From: Candidatus Aenigmatarchaeota archaeon
Lineage (GTDB): Archaea; Aenigmatarchaeota; Aenigmatarchaeia; PWEA01; JACQIF01
Reading direction: 5' to 3'
Assembly: GCA_016432325.1 (NCBI GenBank)
Contig: CP066684.1
Location: 640,001 to 704,000, forward strand
DNA length: 64,000 nucleotides
Shown here: positions 8,949 through 18,368 of the stretch, in pieces
Layout: every line of letters starts with the position of its first letter
Position numbering within the stretch: position 1 is the stretch's first letter
Translations under genes and position numbers: made by a program
The notes under the pieces: model-generated
The model's database searches: none
Told to the model about the DNA's origin: nothing
Seen by the model: only the letters and a program-made list of their open reading frames with translations

Positions 8949-9478
8949 GGTGTGCCGGCGAGCGACTACCGGTGCGTTAGAATCACGAAGTTCCGGGTAA
9001 CACCGGGGCTAGTGTTGAGCACTGAGGAAGGTCCGCCCACCCGAGAAAGGCGCAGCGTGGAAACACGCCGTCCCGCGAGGGACGACTTGGTATCAGAAAC
9101 GGATTGGCACGGATTCGGGATGACCTCCGGCGACTATGTCTCCGCCGCCAAATGAAACGGACCAAGAGCGTGTACGGAAACTGCGGTTTCCGACACATCG
9201 GAAAGCACGGCTTTCCGAATGCTGGTGCAAGGCCAAGTAGGCCCTGATGAGGTTACGAAGGGCGGGTAGGCTGCTGTTTCCGTGCGCAAGCGCGGAAAAC
9301 TCGGAGGCGCAAGCCTTCGCAGAAGATGAATGTCGCATGGGCCTCCTGTGATGCGCGGAGTTGGCCGCGGTTCGAAACTGCGGCGAGCTGCTGCGCAGAG
9401 GGCCCTAACACAAGGTGGACTACGTCCGTTTTCGGGGGAAACCCCGAAAAGCCGGGGCCGCAAGGCCCCGCGCACACC
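8949..9478 (+). ncRNA. rnpB: RNase P RNA, enlarged (about 530 nt)
   Basis: Conserved regions GAGGAAGGTCCGCCC, CAGAAAC, TGAAACGG, GTGCAAG, AGATGAATGTCGC, AACACAAGGTGGACTAC; terminal GGTGTGC/GCACACC; TATTTAAG at 8920. Confidence 0.88.
9170..9221. mobile_element. Double-hairpin palindromic element (type B) inside RNase P RNA
   Basis: GTGTACG-hairpin-CGACACATCG-hairpin-CGAATG, same scaffold as the other copies. Confidence 0.7.
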
Positions 9479-9565
9479 ACAATTACTTCTCTTTAGCCTA
9501 AACATTCGTTCACCGAAAAGCTTTTTGTTATGGGACGCACACTAGAAGCAGTGGGTAGTGGGGAC

Positions 9566-9760
9566 ATGGGTTGCACGAATTGCGGTGGCGCCTGCAGGGA
9601 CGCGGTGTTCAGCGTAAGGTATGGCGGCCAGATGATCGACTTCTGCGGACCTGATTGCAACATTGGATTCGAAACAGGAGCGAAGGCAGGCGGAGCGCCG
9701 GGGTACAGGCTTGCAAGCTTCAAGGAGACAGGCGCGCGCACAGCGGCTCCGTCGGCGTGA
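9566..9760 (+). CDS. small TRASH/YHS-like metal-binding protein
   Basis: CTNCG...Y.G...DFCGPDC. Confidence 0.55.
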   Translation: MGCTNCGGACRDAVFSVRYGGQMIDFCGPDCNIGFETGAKAGGAPGYRLASFKETGARTAAPSA

Positions 9761-9803
9761 GCGTTCAGAACGGGTATAAATCTTTTTCGCGACTACGTCA
9801 GCC

Positions 9804-11219
9804 ATGTGTTCTATATGCGCGATAAGTTCCAGCGGGAACAGCAGAGAAACGCTGACCGACTTGGTCAAACTAATCTTCTCCGGGGAGAACCGCGGCAACG
9901 AGTCTATCGGCGCGGCCGCGTACAACGGCAAGTTCGTCTGCGCGAAGAGGATGGGCGTCAATCTTGATGCGCTAGGATACGACCTTCTCCGCTCCATGGG
10001 CGACGCCGGCATCAGCGCTGGCGTCGGGCAGACGCGCTATTCCACTTCAGGACAGAGCGACATAGACCACGCCCAGCCTTTCACTATAAAGGGCAAGAGC
10101 GAGTTCGTCATAAACCACAATGGCACCGTGGCCAATGCACAGGAGCTCGTCAAGAAGCATGGTCTTCCTGTGAAGACTCACAGCGACACGGAGGCTCTGG
10201 GCCAGCTCATCGCCGGCTATTCAGACATAGAAACGGGCATACGAGAGGCATCAAAGGACGCGATAGGCGGTTGGAACCTGTCGTTGCTCGAACCCGACGG
10301 CACCATTTACGTCTTCAGGGATCCAATGGGGTTCAGTCCGTTGTTTTATCAACAGGACGAAGAAGGCTTCACCGCGGCTTCAGAAGATTCGGCTCTGTTT
10401 GCGGTGGGAAGGTTTGCTCCGGAAAGGGTGGAACCCGGAGAGCTGCTTGTCGTGAGAGAGGGGCGCTCTGAAAGGAGGCGCCTCGTCAAGCCGACGCTGA
10501 CCGAGTGCCCATTCGAACCCGCATATTTTATGAAGACCGGAAGCACATATCGCGACGACCTAGTCCATGATATCAGGAGAGACATTGGCTGGATTCTTGG
10601 GAAACGCGAGGGCCTAAGAGGCGACGACGTCGTCGTGATGCCCATACTAGAGTCCGGGAGATATTACGCCGAGGGCCTCGCGGATGCGGCGGATCTGGAA
10701 TATGCGGAGGGCCTGATGAAAAACAGGGGCAAGCGCGTCTACATGCACCCTGATGAACGCGCCAAGATAGGCGGAACGTGGAACCGCCAGGACTGGGCGG
10801 CGTTAAAGCACGTGCCCCTGCCTCCAGTGGTGCGCGGCAAGCGTCTCATAGTCACGGACGATTCGATAGTGCGCGGCGATACGACGCGGGTCGTTACGAA
10901 GAATCTCAGGACAGCAGGCGCCGCAGAGGTTCACTGGCGAATCGGTTTTCCCCCTGTAAAGTGGGGTTGCATTTACAAGATGGACCACCAGAAGCGCTCT
11001 GAACTTATCGCCGCGAGAGCGCAAGATGCACATGCGCATACAGAAAGGTATGTGACGAGGTTTGTAGGCGCGGACAGCGTGCACTACCCCACGTGGGCCG
11101 AGGTAAGATCGGTTCTGGAAAGCAACGAAGATTTCGGCAGGGACAACCACTGCACGGCTTGTTTTACAGGAAAATATCCGACGCGCGTGCCTGAGGAAGC
11201 GCGAAGAGCTATCGAGTAA
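9804..11219 (+). CDS. purF: amidophosphoribosyltransferase
   Basis: N-terminal Cys nucleophile, TRYSTSG, HNG, RDP.G..PL, PRPP loop DDSIVRGDT, CTACFTG.YP. Confidence 0.92.
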   Translation: MCSICAISSSGNSRETLTDLVKLIFSGENRGNESIGAAAYNGKFVCAKRMGVNLDALGYDLLRSMGDAGISAGVGQTRYSTSGQSDIDHAQPFTIKGKSEFVINHNGTVANAQELVKKHGLPVKTHSDTEALGQLIAGYSDIETGIREASKDAIGGWNLSLLEPDGTIYVFRDPMGFSPLFYQQDEEGFTAASEDSALFAVGRFAPERVEPGELLVVREGRSERRRLVKPTLTECPFEPAYFMKTGSTYRDDLVHDIRRDIGWILGKREGLRGDDVVVMPILESGRYYAEGLADAADLEYAEGLMKNRGKRVYMHPDERAKIGGTWNRQDWAALKHVPLPPVVRGKRLIVTDDSIVRGDTTRVVTKNLRTAGAAEVHWRIGFPPVKWGCIYKMDHQKRSELIAARAQDAHAHTERYVTRFVGADSVHYPTWAEVRSVLESNEDFGRDNHCTACFTGKYPTRVPEEARRAIE

Positions 11220-12012
11220 TATTGCTCCAGCAGCGCAGTAGGGTGCGCGCCGCGAGGTTCGCCGTCGGATTTCCAAAACGGTCTGAGGCTACTTCTGTGA
11301 CGTCAAGACCGATGACGCGCGAAGCGAACACGCGGTCTATCAGTTCGAAGATTTCCTTGGGCGTAAACCCGTTCGGCTCCGGAAAGCCCGTGTCAGGCGC
11401 ATACGCCGGGTCGAACGAGTCCATGTCTATCGTCACGTAAACGGGACCTTTGAGTTTTGAGGGAAGTTTTGTCTTCACTCCCAGCTTCTTCATGGTTTTT
11501 TCTACCTCGGGCATGGTCGCGCGTACGCCGAGCAGCACGATCTCGCAGTTCAGTTCTTTCGCGGCGTGATAGAGCCACGTCGCATGGCTGTACGAAACAC
11601 CTTCATGGCTCTCCCAGAGATCGGGGTGCGCGTCGAACGAGACGATAGTTCGCGGCTTGAGTTCGCGCACGACTGGAAGCGTAATCGAGTGCTCGCCTCC
11701 AAGCACGGTCAGGAGCGCCTTTGGATTCTGGCGCACTATCGAGGCGACAGTATCGCGCACTCGGCGGTCCGTCTCTTCAAAAGAGCCTGGAGCGACGTCG
11801 ACGTCGCCTGCGTCGTGCACGCGCAGATCGAACGCCCTCTTCTTCTCGGGGATATAGTAGTGAAGGTGCTTCAACGCGTTGCGTATAAGGGCTGGCCCGT
11901 ATCTCTGCAGAGGGTGCGCGATTGACGTAGAATCGAAAGGCACGCCCAGCACACAGACGTTTGCGTCGCTGAGCGGGTACTCCACCGTAAAGGATTTCGA
12001 GGCGTATAGCAT
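11209..12012 (-). CDS. speB: agmatinase (ureohydrolase family)
   Basis: GVPFD, GGEHS, DAHPD, SHAT, IDMDSFDP, GLDVTEV; close to eIF5A. Confidence 0.88.
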   Translation of the reverse strand: MLYASKSFTVEYPLSDANVCVLGVPFDSTSIAHPLQRYGPALIRNALKHLHYYIPEKKRAFDLRVHDAGDVDVAPGSFEETDRRVRDTVASIVRQNPKALLTVLGGEHSITLPVVRELKPRTIVSFDAHPDLWESHEGVSYSHATWLYHAAKELNCEIVLLGVRATMPEVEKTMKKLGVKTKLPSKLKGPVYVTIDMDSFDPAYAPDTGFPEPNGFTPKEIFELIDRVFASRVIGLDVTEVASDRFGNPTANLAARTLLRCWSNITR

Positions 12013-12062
12013 TGTTAGGCTTCCCGAAGAAAGAATAAAAAGGCGTCGCGCGTAGGCGTACC

Positions 12063-12656
12063 ATGGACTCGTCTGTAAAGATACTTTTGCTGGGTGTAGT
12101 GCTGATATTCCTGTACGCCTCGTTCAGAACCGGAACTCTTGGGGAACTCGCCGCGCCATTGACAGAACGCTCGACACCAATCTCGGGTCTAATCGCGTCC
12201 GTAACACAACACGTGACATCCGCCGACGCCGTCGGGGTGGGGCTCTATGCGTTTGCTTCGAGGCTGTTCTTCCTGCCGCTGCCGCTGGAACCGTACATAG
12301 CATATGCGTACGGCACTGGCACGAACTTCCTCGTGTTGGCGCTGGCAGTGGCCGCGTTCGGCACGATAGGGTCTGCAGTAACGTACGCGGTCGGCAGGTT
12401 TCTCGGAAGGTATGTAGTGAAGGAAGGCAAGTGGAAGAGACGCGCAGAGAGGGTCAAGGATTCGAAGTTCGTTTCGCCTGCCATATTCCTCGCCGCCCTG
12501 CTGCCGCTGCCGGAGGTGGTCGGTCTGGTTTTCGGCGCTGTTCGGATCAGTCTCAACAAGTATATGGTCTATACGTTCGCCGGGCTCGCGGCGAAGACGC
12601 TGCTGCTGGTGTTGCTGTTCGATTACCTGAAACAGTATTTGCAGTTTGCTATCTAG
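12063..12656 (+). CDS. DedA/VTT family membrane protein
   Basis: Several TM segments; LP.PLE, GS.VTY.VGR motifs. Confidence 0.75.
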   Translation: MDSSVKILLLGVVLIFLYASFRTGTLGELAAPLTERSTPISGLIASVTQHVTSADAVGVGLYAFASRLFFLPLPLEPYIAYAYGTGTNFLVLALAVAAFGTIGSAVTYAVGRFLGRYVVKEGKWKRRAERVKDSKFVSPAIFLAALLPLPEVVGLVFGAVRISLNKYMVYTFAGLAAKTLLLVLLFDYLKQYLQFAI

Positions 12657-12672
12657 CGTGGTAACGTATTTC

Positions 12673-12783
12673 GCACGGGAAGCGAGGCTTCCCGGCGTGT
12701 CGAAACCCTAGGGTTTCGTACATCCATAAAGGCTTTCATTCGGAAGCGAAGCTTCCGATGTGCCGGAACTTCGTTCCGTGCAT
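12673..12783. mobile_element. Two tandem double-hairpin elements (type B: 12673-12723 and 12737-12783)
   Basis: GCACG-hp-CGGCGTGTCG-hp-CGTACAT and CATTCG-hp-CGATGTGCCG-hp-CGTGCAT. Confidence 0.7.
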
Positions 12784-12818
12784 GCGCGTTGAGCTTATGT
12801 CCCATAGCGCAAAAGGCT

Positions 12819-13211
12819 CTATCCCATCAACAGTTTCTTGCCAAGAACTTCCCAATACGTCAGCTCTTTGCCCTGCTCAAGCTGGCCCCTTAGTTCTTCC
12901 GGTATCTTGGATTCAAATGTCTCGAATGTTTGCATGTCCATGAGTTGAACCGTGTCTCCTGTGACTGCGAGAATCTGGGCCGTGCGTTTGTCTATTATAG
13001 GAACTCCAATCGTCTGGTCGCCTGGCTTGACGATTTCGCGCTTGCGCCCGTCCGTGAGGCCGACGGCGACGATGCGACACTTCGCAGAGCCGTGTTTCCC
13101 CGGCTTTGAGATGTCTATGGAGAGTACCTTGCATGCCTCGTCGTCGATTATGCAGAACTTGCCGACCTTGAGATTCTTCGCTTCCGTCAGCGTTTTGTCC
13201 CCTTCACCCAT
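12819..13211 (-). CDS. eif5a: translation factor aIF5A
   Basis: Hypusine loop SKPGKHGSAK; VQLMD..TFE. Confidence 0.97.
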   Translation of the reverse strand: MGEGDKTLTEAKNLKVGKFCIIDDEACKVLSIDISKPGKHGSAKCRIVAVGLTDGRKREIVKPGDQTIGVPIIDKRTAQILAVTGDTVQLMDMQTFETFESKIPEELRGQLEQGKELTYWEVLGKKLLMG

Positions 13212-13241
13212 GTATGTCACCAACTTCCGCACGGCGGGACT

Positions 13242-13318
13242 GTCATCTCTTGGCCACCAGTTTTATAGTTTCCCGCGGGAAGATTAAAATTGGTCATCGT
13301 TTGGCCACCAGTTTTATA
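13242..13318. repeat. Direct repeat of the histone gene 3' end (13242-13267 and 13293-13318)
   Basis: 24 of 26 nt identical; both copies encode IKLVAKR-stop. Confidence 0.85.
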
Positions 13319-13497
13319 TCGTCTTCTTTCACTGTCACGCGGCCCGCATGCTTCGCGGCCACCGAGGCGTCTTTGGCCATCGCATCCGCGACTTCTTCAA
13401 CGTATTCGCGCAGCTCTTCGACGGCTTTGTCCGAGATGCGTTTCGCGCCTGCCTTCTTCGCGATGCGCTTGAGCGGCGCTAACGGCAAGAGAGTCAT
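13294..13497 (-). CDS. archaeal histone (HMf-like)
   Basis: LPLAP..RI.K.AGA.RIS...AKHAGR.TVK..DI.L. Confidence 0.95.
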   Translation of the reverse strand: MTLLPLAPLKRIAKKAGAKRISDKAVEELREYVEEVADAMAKDASVAAKHAGRVTVKEDDIKLVAKR

Positions 13498-13523
13498 TTA
13501 CTGGTCCCTCTTCGAGTCTCTGA

Positions 13524-13573
13524 GTGTACGGGAAGCGATACTTCCCGACATATCGAAACCTCGTTTCGTACAC
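13524..13573. mobile_element. Double-hairpin element (type B)
   Basis: GTGTACG-GGAAG..CTTCC-CGACATATCG-AAAC..GTTT-CGTACAC. Confidence 0.75.
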
Positions 13574-13626
13574 GGTAAATTCATAGAACCAGAAACGACT
13601 TTGGAGAACACGTATATAAGCGTTGC

Positions 13627-13998
13627 CTAGAGTTCGCGCAATCGTGCGTGTTCGCTCCAGACGTCCGTGGGGAGCGTGTCGTATATTGACGGTTTCGTTT
13701 CTGAGGGTTTCTGTTGCGGAACATAAGTACCGTCGAGTATGGGTTGCGCGAACGTCCAGTAGAACTCCCTGAACGTGTTGTCCTCGTTCTGCACTCGTCT
13801 GAACGCGACTAGCTTCTTGGCCTCGAGCGTGTATAGAACAGAACGTTCTTGCGCGCCCAGAAGGTTGTCGTCTATTTCTTTCCGATTGCCGAATCTCTTG
13901 CAGAGACTGTCGACGAGCGCCTCGGCGTCCGTGCCGTCCATTTCAAACTCTGCCGTAAGGGCCTTCAAGAGCGATCTGCGGACCGGTTTGCTTACCAT
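13627..13998 (-). CDS. hypothetical protein, possible winged-helix
   Basis: EIDDNLL...ERSVLY.LE..KLV.FRR...REFYW. Confidence 0.65.
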   Translation of the reverse strand: MVSKPVRRSLLKALTAEFEMDGTDAEALVDSLCKRFGNRKEIDDNLLGAQERSVLYTLEAKKLVAFRRVQNEDNTFREFYWTFAQPILDGTYVPQQKPSETKPSIYDTLPTDVWSEHARLREL

Positions 13999-14047
13999 TA
14001 AAACGCCCGTAATGGGAACCGCGGCGAGTTATTTATAGAACAATCGT

Positions 14048-14278
14048 TTAGCGGATCTTCTGCGACGCCGCGCGCAGGCCGGTCTTTGTAAGCGCCAGAT
14101 TCTCCTCGCCGAACAGCTTTATGCGTGACAGCATGCCCGAACGCTCGAGAGAGACCAGCGCCTCTTCGACGTCCTTCTCGTTGAAATGCCTTTCAAGAAG
14201 GGCCGAGCGGACGGCCTTCGTATAGACCAGATGGTTCTTGGCGAGGTTCTCCACTATCGCTAGCTCTGCAGAATCCAT
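14048..14278 (-). CDS. small winged-helix protein
   Basis: VEEAL.SLERSGML...LALTKTG. Confidence 0.6.
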   Translation of the reverse strand: MDSAELAIVENLAKNHLVYTKAVRSALLERHFNEKDVEEALVSLERSGMLSRIKLFGEENLALTKTGLRAASQKIR

Positions 14279-14346
14279 AGAATCGCCGTGTCCGTTCTGT
14301 ATTCTACGAATCGGCATTTATATAGGTTTACGCAGATGTTGGTCGT

Positions 14347-14793
14347 ATGCCTGTAGTGGGGATCGGAATCAGGAAGATAGAAGCGTCAAGAAACGAACTG
14401 TCCGAGAGAGGGATGGGAGTGGGGCAGTCCCCGCACGTCAAGGACATGAAGAAGACGAAGATAGACGCGCTCGGCGCGGAAGGCCTGGAGATATCGTACG
14501 AATACGTCTTCGATTACAAAGGCGCCGACAGGAAGAAGTTGATAGCCAACATCACGTTTTCAGGAGAGGCTGTGTACCTGCCCGAAAAGGGCGACGATCT
14601 GGAGGAGCTGCTCGCCAAGTGGAAGAAGGAGAAGAGGGTTCCGTCCAAGATATTCGTTCCGGTGGTCAATACCATCATACGCAGGTGCGTCTCCCGCGCC
14701 CTCGTGCTCGCCGAGGATCTCAACCTCCCGCCTCCGATAAACATTCCCATAGTGCGCATCGAAAAGAAGAAGAAAGACGTGGAAGCCGGTTAA
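14347..14793 (+). CDS. conserved archaeal hypothetical protein
   Basis: Clean ORF after TTTATA; ends LAEDLNLPPPI.IP. Confidence 0.75.
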   Translation: MPVVGIGIRKIEASRNELSERGMGVGQSPHVKDMKKTKIDALGAEGLEISYEYVFDYKGADRKKLIANITFSGEAVYLPEKGDDLEELLAKWKKEKRVPSKIFVPVVNTIIRRCVSRALVLAEDLNLPPPINIPIVRIEKKKKDVEAG

Positions 14794-14808
14794 CGCAAGG
14801 GCGTTGAG

Positions 14809-15057
14809 ATGAAAGAACGAAATTCCTCTGTTACGATTCGCCAGGAAACGGGCTGCGCGCCTCCGGAAGGATTCTGGACTTCCGTAGTAACGAACGTGGA
14901 GTTCAACGGCTTGGTTGACGTCACATACAGAATCTCCACCGAACGCGGCGACGCCGTGCTGGCAGACGCACGCGTACCCGTTACCGCGAGCGTCGGCGTG
15001 AGGCACAACAGCGCCATCGTGTATTACGACGCCGACGACATCAGAAGGCGCGTTTAG
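14809..15057 (+). CDS. hypothetical protein
   Basis: Short ORF 15 nt downstream of the previous gene. Confidence 0.5.
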   Translation: MKERNSSVTIRQETGCAPPEGFWTSVVTNVEFNGLVDVTYRISTERGDAVLADARVPVTASVGVRHNSAIVYYDADDIRRRV

Positions 15058-15239
15058 CCCGCGTTTCGCCTAATCTCCCTTCTGCGCGCGTTTCATTCCG
15101 TTTCCTTCTCTCTCCGCCCTGTTCCACGCGTGGGTTCTCGCGAACTCTCACATTCGAGTGAGGTTTAATCTATATGCTATAACATGTGTGTTAGCATCTC
15201 TATGTTATGAAGCGCCTATCGTAATAGCTAGTCAACAAC

Positions 15240-15737
15240 CTATATGTTCTGGTCTTCTTTTAATTCGCCCGACTTGATCAGGGCCGTCTTCACGACAGAG
15301 CGCCACTCGCCTGAGAGCTTGTTGAGGTGGTTCGCGAAGGCGAGAGAAGGCTTCAGAATCATAAACCAGCCGCGCGAAGGGTTTGATGCGTTGACCTCGC
15401 GCTTGCGTTCGAGCAGTCCGAAGCGGACGAGCTTGGGGATTATCACGTTGTACGCGGTCGCGTCCGGTATGGCGTGCTCCTTGAGGCACGCCGTGAGCAT
15501 CGTCTTGTCAACGCCCTTGGGATTTTGCAGCACGAGCGCCAACAGCTTCATCGCGTGACTGTGCGAGCGCTCCTGGTATTCGCGCGGGAAGACGTGGTTC
15601 ACGATGTCGTTGAGTTCCCAGCGCACGTCGGGATCCGTTGTTTTCCACGTTTTCCCCAGTATGGAAGGATAGAAAAGCGATTCCTTCGTAGTGAGGCGGT
15701 CTTTGACCGGAATCGGATTCGCGTTGCCTTTTACCAT
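15240..15737 (-). CDS. winged-helix domain hypothetical protein
   Basis: IPDATAYN..IPKLVRFGLLER. Confidence 0.7.
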   Translation of the reverse strand: MVKGNANPIPVKDRLTTKESLFYPSILGKTWKTTDPDVRWELNDIVNHVFPREYQERSHSHAMKLLALVLQNPKGVDKTMLTACLKEHAIPDATAYNVIIPKLVRFGLLERKREVNASNPSRGWFMILKPSLAFANHLNKLSGEWRSVVKTALIKSGELKEDQNI

Positions 15738-15913
15738 ATTCCTAGTTCATAGCGTATCGATATAAATATTCGCGACTGCCGCAGAAAGGATTTGTATCGT
15801 ACCGTTATTGAGTAAGCCTATTGGGCCCGTATACCCGTGATTATATGGCAAAAAGGGGCCTCTGGGACCGAATGAGGCCGTCTGGTTTATCGAAACGGTG
15901 TGCGTGCGTATTC

Positions 15914-16264
15914 TCACTTTTTCGCTTTTTTCGGCAACAATTTCTCGATGTCTATCTTCTTCTCCTTGTTCATCTTGGAAAATTTCCTCGCCAGCCCCTC
16001 GACGTCATGGGCGATATCCACGCCGTCTCCTGTCAAAGCGATGAGCTTGATGCGCCCCTTCTTCTTGAACTCGACGAGGCCGAGCTGCTGGAACGCGTTG
16101 AGAACCTTTATCGTATGACTGTACGTGCAATCGACCCCCTTCGCGACCTGCGTCGCGTATTTGGGGATGCCGCCCTGCTTCAGGAAGACCAGCATCTCCG
16201 TTGGCTTGTCCTGCAGGAACAGTTCCTTGAACACATTAGGAGCCGATTTTGACAATTCCCCCAC
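15914..16264 (-). CDS. MarR-like winged-HTH regulator; start uncertain
   Basis: YATQVAK.VDCTYSHT.KVL..F...GLV.F.K.GR.K...LT..G. Confidence 0.8.
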   Translation of the reverse strand: MGELSKSAPNVFKELFLQDKPTEMLVFLKQGGIPKYATQVAKGVDCTYSHTIKVLNAFQQLGLVEFKKKGRIKLIALTGDGVDIAHDVEGLARKFSKMNKEKKIDIEKLLPKKAKK

Positions 16265-16480
16265 CCGAACGGCGCCGCGCTCCCGCGCGCGGCCCCAAGT
16301 TCCGATTCTTCTATACGCGGCCTTTATATTTAAGCCTGAATATTTCCACAATTGGGTTAAAATGTATATGATTTAACATCTTGTTCATAACAGCAATGAC
16401 TATCTCTCGATGTTATGATATATATGATAAATCGTGTGTGACATGTCCTATAGACTATAACCATTGGTTTTCGATGTTTT

Positions 16481-17503
16481 TCACACAACCCGTTCCAGAG
16501 CGCGCGACGCGGCGACTATGAGGAGGCCGAAGACCACAGACAGGAACAGATTCTGGTACCCCTGCTCGGGCAGCAGGATCGCATTCGACGCCTGGAACGC
16601 GACGAGCGACAGCCCGGCTCCCATAGCGGCGTACGTTACGTATTTAGCGACCTCCCTGCGGCTGCGCGCCGCGCCCACGACCTTGCCGACCAGCGCTATC
16701 GCATAGCCTGTGAAAACGAGGAAGACCGCCCCGCCGATGAAAGCCGCCAGCGTCTCTATCATGTTGCCGGCGCGCGCGAGCTGTATCGAATCATACCCCT
16801 GCTTCAGCGACACCAGGCCGACCAGCATCGCGGCCGCGTAGAAGTAAAACGTGACGCGCCTCTTCTCGAACGACGTGGTTATCTCGTTGACGATGGCCGC
16901 GACGCGCGATTCGAGCTGGAACCCTTTAATCAGCAGGTACGCGCCGAGAACGCCCAGCACGATTCTCCATCCTGTCGTATCGAAGATGGCCAGAAGCAGG
17001 AACGCGAGAGCGGGGAAGCCGAGGACAACCTTGGACATCTTCGGGTTTTCTATGAAGTCGTGTATCACGTAGTACATTCCCTCGAGATTTTCGGATTGCT
17101 TCATCACGACGCGCTTGACGGCCGCTATCTCGGCTCTTGACTGGATAATGGGCATCACGTGCTCGTCCTGCGCGCCGTCCGTGATAAGAACGACCTTTTT
17201 CGCCGACGTCTTGCCGAGAACGCCGTCCAGCTGCTTGGACAGCTTCATGTCCGAACGCACTCCGACGTCTGCGTCTCCTGTCAGGGTGACGACCTCGACC
17301 TTGTGACCGTCGCCTTTCATCTTGTCGTATGTGCGTATGGCCTCGAAGACTGTGTTCGAATCCGAATCCTCGGGATCCGCGAGAGCCAAAGCGGTGGCTG
17401 CCTTGAGATTCGCCTCGCGGCCCACTATCGGGCCCTTTATCTTGGCCTTGCGGCCCATGTCGTCGTCCCGGTCTATGCAGAGCACGAGTGTTTTAGCGGA
17501 CAC
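16481..17503 (-). CDS. DUF373-family archaeal membrane protein
   Basis: LVLCIDRDDD.GRK, DPEDSD.N, DGA.DE; C-terminal TMs. Confidence 0.85.
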   Translation of the reverse strand: MSAKTLVLCIDRDDDMGRKAKIKGPIVGREANLKAATALALADPEDSDSNTVFEAIRTYDKMKGDGHKVEVVTLTGDADVGVRSDMKLSKQLDGVLGKTSAKKVVLITDGAQDEHVMPIIQSRAEIAAVKRVVMKQSENLEGMYYVIHDFIENPKMSKVVLGFPALAFLLLAIFDTTGWRIVLGVLGAYLLIKGFQLESRVAAIVNEITTSFEKRRVTFYFYAAAMLVGLVSLKQGYDSIQLARAGNMIETLAAFIGGAVFLVFTGYAIALVGKVVGAARSRREVAKYVTYAAMGAGLSLVAFQASNAILLPEQGYQNLFLSVVFGLLIVAASRALERVV

Positions 17504-17566
17504 AAAATCCCCACGAGAAGAGTGCGGGAAAGCGATTTAAATACCATTAGGCGAGGTTATAGCGTT

Positions 17567-17776
17567 ATGACAGACATTCCGTTGGCGCCTTGCGAGAAGA
17601 TTCTCCGGAGAAACGGAGCCCCGCGAGTCAGCGCAGAAGGCGTACGGGAGTTTGCGCTGGTTCTCGAAGGCGTCACCGCAGACATCGCGAAAGAGGCCGC
17701 CGAGCTGGCGCAGCACGCGGGCCGCAACACAGTGATGGTCGAGGACGTCAGGCTCGCCAGAAAGAACAGGAAGTGA
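17567..17776 (+). CDS. second archaeal histone
   Basis: IPLAP.EKI.R..GA.RVS...A.HAGR.TV..EDV.LA; TTTAAATA upstream. Confidence 0.92.
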   Translation: MTDIPLAPCEKILRRNGAPRVSAEGVREFALVLEGVTADIAKEAAELAQHAGRNTVMVEDVRLARKNRK

Positions 17777-17822
17777 GACTCGGAGCTTCCCGAGCGAAGG
17801 AGGGAAGATTGAAGTCGAAACT

Positions 17823-18074
17823 TCAGAGGCTTCGTATCTCTGCGGAGATTGTGTTGAGCCTGTTATCGTAGTATGCAATCAAGGAGGCTGTCGCTACGGA
17901 TCCCACGACAATCGCGTTTACTACCATCTGCATGTTGGGAACGCCTAAATAGAAGAAAGCCGCGCTTATCGTCAGTGTTGCAAGCGTTATGACGGCAATC
18001 TGAAGATACGCCAACTGCCTTTGAAACTCGTTGTCGAGCAGGTTTTTTGACAACCGAAACGCTCTATCTGTCAC
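17823..18074 (-). CDS. small 2-TM membrane protein
   Basis: DR.F.LSKNLLD followed by two hydrophobic helices. Confidence 0.55.
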   Translation of the reverse strand: MTDRAFRLSKNLLDNEFQRQLAYLQIAVITLATLTISAAFFYLGVPNMQMVVNAIVVGSVATASLIAYYDNRLNTISAEIRSL

Positions 18075-18225
18075 CAGAACCACCGAGTAGCAGGATGAAT
18101 CCCAAGACGAAGGTCAGTATGGATGCGAATGAGATGACGGATGGAGAAAAGTAGAAATATCCCAAAACTCCGGCGGCCATCAAGAACATCCCAATCTCGT
18201 GTTTGCTAACCGGATATTTGCTCAT
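18064..18225 (-). CDS. 53-aa 2-TM membrane protein (not in the ORF track)
   Basis: Manual translation MSKYPVSKHEIGMFLMAAGVLGYFYFSPSVISFASILTFVLGFILLLGGSGDR; overlaps the next start. Confidence 0.5.
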   Translation of the reverse strand: MSKYPVSKHEIGMFLMAAGVLGYFYFSPSVISFASILTFVLGFILLLGGSGDR

Positions 18226-18368
18226 AGGGATGTCTTTGCCTTACTGGGTAATAAAGTTTCCTTACCACTGCAGTGGTGATGCCTCGCTTTCCATACCGCT
18301 GTCCTTTCCGCGCTTACCACCGCGGTGGTCGTGCATGTTATTTATAGGAGCGCCGCGAATGTGCGGGC

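Noticed and set aside
9241-9263. Hammerhead ribozyme at CTGATGAG
   Set aside because: No GAAA core or three-stem layout; it lies within an RNase P RNA hairpin
12661-12815. Interrupted tRNA gene
   Set aside because: No acceptor stem, T arm or BHB; explained by two double-hairpin elements
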